A stretch of DNA of 64,000 nt, from NCBI RefSeq assembly GCF_009914755.1, contig NC_060926.1; one strand, given 5' to 3'. A program made the translations under genes and the position numbers. The notes below the pieces were generated by a model. The model had not been told where the DNA came from, ran no database searches, and was given only the letters and a program-made list of their open reading frames with translations. Each line of letters opens with the position of its first letter. The stretch's first letter is position 1. This DNA comes from the human T2T-CHM13v2.0 reference genome, Homo sapiens. Shown here piece by piece: positions 53,442 to 64,000 of this stretch.

Positions 53442-55329
53442 AAATTCCCTGGACAGAGTCCAATATGCACATACCAAGTATGAGTAGATTAATAGGGTCT
53501 CTCTCTAAAATTTATGACTTTTTTTAATGAGAGAAATTATCTACTAAATGAGGAATAAAATAACAGTGTCATATACTTAAGGCATTGGTGGGATGCAAAT
53601 GTTACAGAAAGACAAGCTATTTTCTAATGGTGTTTGTTGTATTTCTAGTACAGCACCAATACACTTACATGGGCCAGAGGCATTTTATTCAAAGCCTTTA
53701 CATTTCCAATACCTTCCTTGAAAATTACCCTCAGGCCTACAATTCTTTTGCTTTTACTAAGCCCTAAACACCTGGACTATATTTAGTTTCTTAGAAATAA
53801 GAGACAAATTTGCTGATATTTTTAAAATTTTAGTCAGTTATTGTATGATTCTCCAAATGGCAAACAAATGATAGGGAGAGAAGAAATTAAAACATTTTTC
53901 AGCTACTTTTAAGTGGCATAGTATTTACCATTCAAATACAGTCTGAATTAAAACACTCAATTTGTTACAGGATTTTTCAGTTAGAAATTAGAGCTTTGCT
54001 GGATAATTGGGGGGGAGGCAGTAAAAGAATGAAATTAACGTTAAAAAGTCAAATTTAAAGAACTCTTTACTTGAGCTATTAATAGAAAGAATCAGCCCTT
54101 CTTGAAACTAAGAAAAAAGTCTAATAAATTTCCTTAAGCCAGGAGTGTAGCATGCCTTCTTCACTTCACTTGCACTGGGGCCCAGCGACCAGAGATTTCA
54201 TTTCATCCCGCCCTCTTTGGAGATCCTGTCACTAGGTGAGTGGAGACATTTCCTAAGACCACGAGGAAAAGAGAACAAGGGCCTGATGGCCCAGAACCAG
54301 AACCTGCCTCTCCGAAGGCAATCTGCTCCACAGAATCTAAGGGTCGGGTAGTTCCCCAGACCAGGAGCCCTTAATACAGCTCTCTCCAATCTCTACACCT
54401 TTCCCAACTTCTCTGAATACATTCAAAGGAAGGGAGCCCACTCCTCTTGCTTTGGAAGAAAAGCTGACTCCCTCACCCATGCTGGGAAGATGCCTAGAGG
54501 CCTGAGCAGGAAGAAAACCTCTCCAAGGCTTCAGCATGTCCAAGGCAAAGAGCTGTCCCCATGATTACACGCTAGGAAAACCTACAGCACGGAACTCACT
54601 CAAAAACCAACTTTTTTCCCTATGATAGATGGAAGTCCCATCCGAATTCCTACTGTTGAAGAAACAATCTCTGCCCTGGCAAATGGCCTCCTAAACCAAC
54701 GCCTCTGCAACCACCCAACACAGGGACTCTCCTCATCAGGGTGTGCTCCATCCAGTGAGGGGAGCCTCCTGTGCCCCACATGGTGCCTTCCAAGGGCAGG
54801 GGTGATGTCCCTCCGCAGTAGCTCCTGCCTTAGCACCTCCCTTACACAAACCCCCTGGGAGCTCTCCAAGGGTGAGGATCTAGGGATGAGCCAAGGGAGC
54901 TCTGGGAAGCGGGTGGGGAATTCCTGCTGTCAATTCAGGCAGTCTCTGGGTTTAACGGCATGGAAAAAGCAAGCAGTGGGCAGTTTCAGGAGGGATCCCA
55001 TTCCATTCTTGTCCTGATGCTGCCACTTGGACAGCTTGGTTAGCTTGGGCCAAATTTTTCACCTCCTTAATGTCATCTGCATAAAAGTACTATCTTGTCT
55101 CCCTTGTGCAGTTGTGAGTATTAAATGAACTAATATATGTAAATGGAGTCTGTGAATTTGTAAAGCCCTATAGAAATGCTGGTGGCTGTTATTTAACATG
55201 CATGCATAGGCTTACATGGGTTAGGTCCATAAGCACACTCAAGAAGAAAATCATTTGACCATATTTACATGCAGCCAACCAAACCACGATCAACAGACTT
55301 GGTATTCTTCATCTAGCTCCCAAATGCCA

Positions 55330-55495
55330 CCCATCAATAGGCTGCTTCAGAATCACATGCAACCCTGGTAAAAACAGTAATTCTAGAACCTTCTCCCAAA
55401 CTCACAGAGGCATAATCTCTGTAGTAAGCCCAAAAATCTGCATGTTAATGGAGCTCACCAGGTGATTCTGACATGCAGCCAGGTTTCGGTACCAC
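55330..55495. mobile_element. MER5A-like MITE
   Basis: cagaatcac...aatctgcatgttaa...ccaggtgattctgacatgcagccaggttt...accactg. Confidence 0.65.
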
Positions 55496-56439
55496 TGTGC
55501 TCCTTTGGACATGTCATATAAATTTGGACTTGTCATACAAAGTCACAGGGAATAAAACTGTTCTGGCGTTACCTAAGGAGTCTCTGTCTTTCTTCCTCTC
55601 TTCTCAGGTACATACACACTAAGATACAGAGCGACATACATACAAGGGAAAAACAGGAAGAAGAAAAATACTAACAAAAAAAAAAGAAGACACCTAATAG
55701 TAAGAGGTGTCAAGATTTTCTAAGTCTATAAAAATTCATGGTTCTAGAAGGATACAGAAAATGAGGAAAAGAAGGAACAAGATGTTAAGACAAAGAGCAA
55801 CTGGTTCAAAACTAGAAAACCTCCTCTTTTGTGACTGCACAGTACAATGTCCTGACTTCTGCTACTAAACCACTCCCCACCTTAAAGTACCACTCATTTG
55901 TTGGTAATTCTGCCTCATCCTGCAACTTATGTGGCCCCCCACCCCCATGCCAAAGGACAGGGACACAGCGTGCTCATCATAGCAGCCCCCAAACCCAGCA
56001 CAGAGCCTGGCATACAGCTGCCTGTGATAGATGTGTGCTGAGCACACGCCAGGATAAGAAGAGGCAGGAGAGGAGGAGGGACAAAGAGTGCACAAAGAAA
56101 GAAACAGGTCTCTTGTCCCAGATCCCTGGTGTAAACTAAGAATAAGCAAGCTTAAGGTAATGAGGGTCGAAGCAAAACAGAGAAAGTTCATGTCCCTGCA
56201 GGTATCATTAACTACATCACAGGGAGCAGAACCACCTAGGGAAAAAGAAGAAAAGCTCTCCAGATCTATGGGCAGGGGCTGAGTGAGAAAAGTGATCTGG
56301 TGCTATTAAAGGTGGTTTGAAGTCATCAATCTGGCCTCGCCACCTCACTGCCTGACCCTCTCCAAGAGTCCTCACACCCACAAGATTCTACCCCACCCAG
56401 CCCCTACACACCTCCCTAAACTTTATCCCTCCAACCTCC

Positions 56440-56782
56440 ACATACTTTGTGCTCAAATTATGCCAAACTCACACAACGTGCTGTGTCATTCCTCTGAGCC
56501 TGTTTCATGCAGTTAACCTCTACCTGGAATGCCCTTTCTACCTACTGACAAACCTGTTTATCCTTCTCAGCTCAGCTCTGTTATGTCCTCCTCCTCCAGG
56601 GAGACCTCAGGCTCCCATGACACCCAGTGCACTGAACCCTCTTAGCCCTATGCACACCTCACATCCTGGTCCAATGATGAGTGAACTCCTCTCCCCCCAG
56701 AGAGTAAATTCTATCTCTCTCTACCCATAGCACCTAACACACTGCCTGAGCACACAATAGGTGCTAAATAAATGCTTGTTGA
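56440..56782 (+). mobile_element. L2 3' end
   Basis: acctggaatgccctt...cacaataggtgctaaataaatgcttgttgaa. Confidence 0.7.
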
Positions 56783-58114
56783 AATCGACAAAGCATTGGC
56801 AAGATTCCAGAACATAAGTGCTAGAAGACTTGGTTAAAAAGGGGAAACCGAGAGGCAACTTGATATACTGGAAACCCTGAGCGTGGAGGCTGGAGTTCAA
56901 ACCAGTAGAACGACTTAAGGTACGTGACTTAAAGACCCTGAACCTGTTTTCCTGATCTATGAAACAAGCATATTACCACCCAACTCCTACAACTACTTAT
57001 GAGGAAGGCACCTACTATGCACCTGGCACACAGTAGGCCCTCTGTACTGTACTTAACTGGTGAGACGCCACCTCCCGCCCACATCTTCCTGTTTTTCAGT
57101 CTCCCATTTCCGACCATAAGCTCCTCCAAGGCTTTTGCCCAGACCCCTAGACGACTGTTCTGGACCCAGTTTATAAAGACTGCCTGGCTGGCCAGGAAAT
57201 CCCCCAGAGGCCTCCTTCCGTGTCCCCGGGCCAAATCTGTGAAGAGAAAACGGAAGGCTACCATGTCACGAAAAACTATGATCAAATAAATTATTATGCC
57301 TTTTCTCCTATTGATCTGCCTTTTGTCAACTGATTTTCAGTGAACCTTCGGAGAGCCATGGGGAAGTTTTCCCTTTCCCCCTACAGGGCTCTGAATCTGA
57401 AGGTAAGAGTGAGCCTATAGGGGGAACCTTCTGGCTCCCTCACAGGAACTGACTGAGCAGGAGTTGGAAAAGCCACTTGGATTCCCATTTCCTCAACTCC
57501 CCGCCAATACCAAGGCGTCTGTTTTTACAGGCTCTTTCGTGGTGTTCTGGGCACATTCAACTTCCAATGCAGCTGAGAGGGTCGGGAACAGTTAGAGAAC
57601 AGGGGTGGCAGCCGCCCGGGAGGCTGCAAGGCGCTCGCCCGCAACGCACAGGCGCGCGCGGCGCACCCGGCCTCCGGCCTCCCCAGGTCGGGCCTGGCAG
57701 CTGCGGGAAGGAGGTCAGCGCAGCCGCCACACTTCGCCCGGGCGCTGGCCCGACCCGACCGCCGGCGACTCTCTGGCAGCGCCCGGAGACCGCCAGCCCC
57801 TGGGCCGCCCGTCCGCAGAGCCCCCTCCGCCCCGGGACCCTCGCGCGCAGCTCAAGTTGGGAGCCCCGCTCCGCAGGCGAGCGCGCGCCCACCACCCACA
57901 CCCACTGCCACTCATGCACACCGCGGGTCCGGAGATGCCCCCGAGCGTTTTAAAATCCAGAAACATCACATGGTAGCCACATCCGGCGGCTGTTACCTGC
58001 TCGCAGCACCCAGACCCTCGCCCTGGTTTCCCGGGAGCCCGCAAACCCGGCACGCGGGCTGCGCGCCCTCCCGCAAGCCACCGCTCAGCGCCAGCGCGCC
58101 GGCAAGCCGCCTAC

Positions 58115-58243
58115 CTTAGGGGTCTGCACTTCAGGTCCCGTCGGCACCTCCAACTTCCTCTTGGTTACCCAGAAGAACAGCAGCACCGTGATCCAGAGCA
58201 CCCCGAAGACTGGCAGAACCAGCCGACGAGTCAGGCGCCGCAT
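58115..58243 (-). CDS. GALNT14: GALNT14 coding exon 1 (cytoplasmic tail, type II transmembrane anchor, start of stem; 43 codons)
   Basis: Minus strand reads GGGGACC-ATG (A at -3), then [43 protein letters not shown], ending at the phase-0 donor AAG|GTAGGC (intron starts 58114). Basic tail plus hydrophobic helix; recognised as the human GALNT14 N-terminus. Lies in a CpG island. Confidence 0.97.
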
Positions 58244-58550
58244 GGTCCCCTTTGCCGCTTCCTCTCCGCGGCGCTACGTCCCGGGGGCACCCCCCGGCGG
58301 TCAGGGTTGGCGGGGCAGGAGTCCTGGCGAGCGCCTCGCTCTGGGGAGCTCTAGACCCAGGATCCGGTTGGAGGGGCGGCAGGATCCTGCAAGGCGCCCT
58401 TCCCGCTTCGAAGAGAAGCGAGCCTGGGTGGGGGGTGCAGGGCGACCCGAAACGTGGCAGGGAAGGACCGAGGGCAGCCAAGCTGGACGCCCGCTCCAGC
58501 GGGAGAAGCGCGGTGGCTGCCGAGATGTTCCCCACGCCGCCACCGCGGCT

Positions 58551-58580
58551 GCCGCCGCCGCCGCCGCCGCCGCCGCCGCC
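58551..58580 (-). repeat. (GGC)10 trinucleotide repeat upstream of the GALNT14 ATG, probably 5' UTR
   Basis: Ten uninterrupted GCC units on the + strand with degenerate GCC units on both sides; about 310 nt upstream of the ATG. Confidence 0.95.
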
Positions 58581-59544
58581 TTGCCCGCTGCCGCCGATAG
58601 GGAAACTGACTCGAGCAGCGAGAGGGAGGAATCCGAGGCTGTGCCAAGCACCCCGGGAGGAGCACGAGGGCGGAGGGAGTGAGCGGGGAGGGCGGGCCCG
58701 ACAGGCCGACTCGGAGCGAGCCCAGGTGGGAGTGAGCGGGGCTCTGAGAGGGGGCGCTACCGCCGCCCGCCGACCGAAACGCTCGGTGCTGTTGCGGGGC
58801 CGCCAGCGCCAAGCCCTGGGCGCAGCTCCCAGACCATCGTGGGTTGGGGCAAGGCGGGGCGGGGCGGGAGCGGTGCACTCGGGATGCCCGCCACCCCCAG
58901 CTGCCAGCTGGGACCCAAGGGCCGGCCCTCGCCAGGCGGCGCTGTGCCTGGGAGGACTTTCCCGCTCATCGCGGGGGCTGCACGTGGCGCTGAAGCCGGG
59001 GTCCCACCCCCAATGTGCTCGTCCTACCACAGCCAAGGCTGGGATTCCAGGGCGCCGGCAGGGCTGCTGCCCCAAACCCGCGGTTCACTTGCCTGGCTAC
59101 TGAGGGCCAAGGCCGCGGTCAGCCAACTCCCCAGGGTGTTTCTATGCCTGCCTGCAGGTGCCTGGTAACTTTTTCTGCTTAACGGAAGGAAAGCTGAGCT
59201 GGTCTAATTTTAACTTTAAAGATATCCTTTAAAAAATTAAGGCGCAATTATCTCCCATAAAGGTTTTCTCTCCCTGTAAGCATCAGGGCTTTGTGCTTGC
59301 AAGAAAAGAGGTCCAAAGTTGGAACAACCACTTGGGATTCTTGGAAAGTGACCCTGGGCAGGAGGATACTGGGTGCAGAGGGTGATCTTTCAAAAGCCCC
59401 TTTTCCCAAGGGCCTTTGGGAATTGTATCCCCCTCCCACTTGCAGATTAAAACCGCTTGGATCTAGAAGCAAAGCAAATTCTAACTCCAATTCCCATGTA
59501 GGCTCAAGTAGGCTGGAATCACGGCCAGATCACTGACCAGAGAG

Positions 59545-59690
59545 TACTGACCTAGCTGTCACACTCACTGTGTGAGTCTTGGGTAAGTCATTTACCTTCT
59601 CCCAGTCTTCGATTCCTCATCTGTAAAATGGAGGGAAAATACCTCCTCTGACAAGCAAATGAGTAGTGGTGAAAGCTGAATGCAAGGTGC
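59545..59690. mobile_element. MIR
   Basis: ttgggtaagtcatttacc...ttcctcatctgtaaaatgg core. Confidence 0.7.
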
Positions 59691-61046
59691 TGGTGTTATC
59701 TGACCACTCAAAGTGGGGAAACCTTGCTCTGTCTGGGGAGCAGAGGCAGCGGGAACCATGCCATTTTTGTTGGAGGGTTGCTTGCTTCATCGAGTTTCTT
59801 GGGGAGGTGAGAACGATGCACCCACTGTGGCAGCCACCATTCTCCCTGCCCCTCTCTCCCCATAAAGCTCAGTGTAGGGCAAGCTCCCATACCTCCGCAC
59901 AGGTGAGACAGCTGTAAATCAGGGCTCTGGAATTCCTTCTTCAATAAGATGTCTCCCCAAAGACATGTACTGAGAAATGGAGGCGTCTACTCAAAGCCTC
60001 CTGTTTTTGGTACCTTATCTTTCAGCCACAGGGAAGTCCTGCCTCAACCTCAGAGAGTTCTTGACTGGACTGTAGATAAGATGTTTGGGGTTGGGAACCG
60101 CAGTTGAAATTAAACAGCCCAGAAAAGGTGAGCACTGTTGCCAGCCCTTTCAAGATCTACCTGCGCTCTTAGACCATCACACAGAACCCCAGGGTTGATC
60201 TAGCATTTGCCTTTATCAGAACTCTGAACACTGAAAGGTGGGAGTAGGCTCCCCAGCCAATGCTTTGTCCCAGCAAAGGCCCAGGTAGATGATCATCATG
60301 GGAGGGGTAGGGGGAGCAGCAAGAGAACTCACCTCTGCAGCATCCCAAGCACCTTGGACCTCTTTCAGGAGCCTCACCCGGGACCTGCAGTTTCGGGCCT
60401 GCAAAGCGTTCTGCTGCAGGCTCTGCAGGGGACCCCCAGGCAAGCTGCTGAGCTGCTGTTGGCTCCAGGCAGAAGCTGCAGCACAGGAGTCCATTGCTCA
60501 GCGCTTTGTAATGCCGCTTCTGAGTAACAGATGGCAGACAGTTACACAAGAACACCGCCAAGCTTTTGAGATGGTGCAGCACCACCACGCTGCTCACCAC
60601 ACTGCTGAGATGCTGAGGTGCCTCATTCTGACTGTTTGGCATATGGGGAAACTGAGGCCCTGGGGTGAAGGCAGCTCCGTGCAGGGACTGCAATGTCTCA
60701 GAGAGTGGGAATTTCCTTCCAGGAATGATTTTCTTCTCAAATCATTATTTTGTCCTCTACTCAAGTGAGGAAGATTTCCTGGGCCTATGGAAGCTGTCAA
60801 GGGAATCCAGTTTTGCTAGGTGTCATTAGCTGATCCATCCAGAGATCATATCAGATATCAGTTTGGGTTGTCAAACCAGTAAATATCATTAGGACTGAAG
60901 TAGATTTCAAGTGGGACTTCAAACATCTGGAAGTGAAGTGAGTGTCCATGCGGGGCCTAGTTCTGTAGGTCTCTCCAGGAACCCAGTCTATCCAGGGGTC
61001 CCCCATGCTCAGGAATATATTTGAAACACTTTAATAACCAGCTTTA

Positions 61047-61316
<270 letters not shown>

Positions 61317-62885
61317 CTATCATTGGCGATTAATCCAAGTTACTTTTTTCTTATCACAGCCAATATGGGGAGGAAAAGCTCCTAGCAAAAGACTTAACAT
61401 GGCAGGAAATGAAAAAAAATAAATACACTCTGAACTAGGACTCTCCTGGTTCTCCTGGATCTCCTAAAACAGATCTACCTCCTCAGTCTTGATATTGTTG
61501 AGCCAAGCTCCTCATTCCTCTGGGTCTGTGGTTTCCCATCGGCAATGTCATGTTCTCTCAAAGACCCTCCCAGCTGACGCATTTAGGGTTCTGACCTTTC
61601 TTGTCCTGGATCAGGACCTTCTTTACCACTCCTGTTGTTGGCGAGTTCTGTGTAAGCTGTTCTCTCCTCACAGCCGAAGACATTAGAGAGCAAATTGGGT
61701 ACTGGAGCAGATGTGAGTCATTCATGTTAGTATAAAAACTATGGAATGAAACCCATTATGGCCCGGAAAGCAGTGTAAAGCAGCATATGGAGCAAATGCA
61801 AGCTGGAAGCAGGAGGAAGCTGTGAAGTCCGATGCATATGCTCTGTGGCGGCTTTTGCTGTGGATTCTCACACTTCGCTTCTCGTTTCCTGTAGCCGTCT
61901 CCCCATCATTCTCGCTCAGCCCACTGCAGAGGCTGCAGCCTTTGTTCCTTTTGGATCAGATTCTCTGAGTCCCTCCTCTCTGCCCACTGCATGACTTCAG
62001 GGAGGCTGTGTGTGCGCGAGTGGCTGTGTGTGTGCTTCTTGCCATCTGCACGCTTATTAGACCTGTCACAATCAGCGAGACACCCTCTGTGCCAACCTAA
62101 CGAAATTTCACCCACAGAGGCCCAGACAGGTTTCTGTTGAGGTCTTTACCTCTTCTGGGCCATAGGGAAAGGTAAGCAGTAGCAGGGCAGATTGCAGCAC
62201 AGTGAGAAGATGAGTCGCACACATGCTGGCCCAGCAGCAAAAAGAGCGGCAGTGAAAATTCAAAGATCTGTCTGTCTTTATTCCACAGTCATACAGATAC
62301 AAGTCTTTGGGCTGACTCCTGCAGTTGACTCTGTTCAAGTTCTCCACTGTAAATAATACATCAGCTCCCCTTTCCTCTGTGTTCCTCTCCATTTTCCTTG
62401 CCACTATAGATCCTGTCAAAACCGCATGTCCTGGGTTTCCTGCAAGGCTTTCTTATAGAGTGAGTGATGGAATAGTTTAAACCACGTGGTGAATGAGGAT
62501 GAGCTATTACCAACCCCTTACCTCATCTTTCTGCCACATCAGTGAATCTTTGTCAAAAGAATAAAGCCAGCTGGATTTTCCTCTCATCTTTGACGGGTAG
62601 ATGGGTGGCTTTATCTAAGGGATCTGACAGTCACCTTTCTGGATCTTTCTCTTTCCATTAAACAACTCCTTTCACCAGCCCACTACCCTCAACTCCTCTC
62701 CCTCCTTTTATTCTTATATTCGATTCCTTGAAAGGGATCTATATCTTTGCATTTCAAAAGCCTGCTTCTTTTATTGTTTGAAATGCCCCAAACTTTCTTT
62801 GTTTCTCACCCAAATGCCAAGTGTAAAACTTAAAACTGCTACAATGATATGTCTTTGCTGGTTGTGTAAAGTGGTTTGATCTTCA

Positions 62886-63335
<450 letters not shown>

Positions 63336-63705
63336 TTATCTAGAGGAGACTCTGACAGAGGGCAGCACAGGCAGAAGAAATAGAAGGATCTAAGGACAGA
63401 TGTCACTCCCCAGGTCCCCAATTTCAGACAACCAAATCTGAGAGCCACTTGCATTATCTCTGACAAAGACAGTCTTTCCTGTTAGGCTTAAGCTTAGAGG
63501 CATCAGTGAAAGGTAGAAGTGGGCAGGAGAGCTCAAAACCAAGAAGGAATAGAACTGTGATGGGGCCTCTCCAGTCTGGCTAGGACTTCAGCAGCAAGAG
63601 GAGCCAAGCATACCCCAGGAGTGGACCTGGGACAATCCAGTATAATCTCTAGTGACCGACAGCAGATTTTGTCATCAAGTCACTACCAGATATTGCACAT
63701 TGAGC

Positions 63706-63835
63706 AGGGTGGCTTTATGCCCCAGTTTGCTTGGGAAATTCCTGGTTTATTCTGATTTTTCTGGCATAATTATTATACTGCCTCATTTTACTTTCAAGAA
63801 ATTTCTATTTTAGACAATAAATTAGAGGCCACTCT
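63706..63835. mobile_element. MER94-like hAT-Blackjack MITE
   Basis: agggtggc...ccagtttgcttggga...gacaataaattagaggccactct. Confidence 0.65.
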
Positions 63836-64000
63836 AATCAACAGGAGGACTTCTGGTGATGGTTCTAGAAGGAAGATTGCTTTTCTTAGATGAGTAAAAA
63901 TGTGGGTTTGCTATTTAAGTTGTTTTGTATGTGTGCTGAACTTGGGATACTCTGTTCATGTGGGGCATTATTCTAAGTAAACAATAGTCAAGATGCTTAT

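Larger units (their letters stand above)
57600..59120. promoter_or_regulatory. CpG island: GALNT14 promoter and 5' UTR
   Basis: Abrupt rise in GC and CpG density across exon 1. Tandem GC boxes GGCGGGGCGGGGCGGG at about 58853-58868. No TATA box seen. Boundaries approximate. Confidence 0.92.

Noticed and set aside
57477-59168. Many long overlapping ORFs in the CpG island
   Set aside because: High GC depletes stop codons and the starts I checked were GTG/TTG. The real CDS here is the 43-codon exon 1 that the track missed.
60169-60768. Opposing 174-aa and 159-aa ORFs upstream of the promoter
   Set aside because: No recognisable homology or exon context.

Overview
Primate, almost certainly human, genomic DNA containing the 5' end of GALNT14 (polypeptide N-acetylgalactosaminyltransferase 14) on the minus strand. 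Coding exon 1 (58243-58115, [43 protein letters not shown]) is too short for the ORF track and lies in a CpG island with a (GGC)10 repeat upstream of the start codon. Positions 1-58114 are intron 1, and about 59100-64000 is upstream flank. Intron 1 holds two small alternative exons (45412-45313 and 34984-34900). The second is an antisense-exonised piece of an old L1 ORF1 with no stop codon in any frame. The rest is typical repeat landscape: 13 Alus (one near-pristine AluYc-like copy), solo LTRs (LTR7B-, LTR8-, LTR19B-, MLT2A-, THE1-, MLT1-like), two large ancient L1s head-to-head, L2/MIR fragments and DNA-transposon fossils. I see no convincing wholly new biological system. The best leads are the multi-frame L1-derived exon, a ~186-bp inverted duplication near the other alternative exon, an FMR1-like GGC/uORF layout, a young Alu forming a close inverted Alu pair, and an HNF1/ONECUT/DR1 motif cluster. 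Repeat subfamily names and isoform details come from memory, not from a search.
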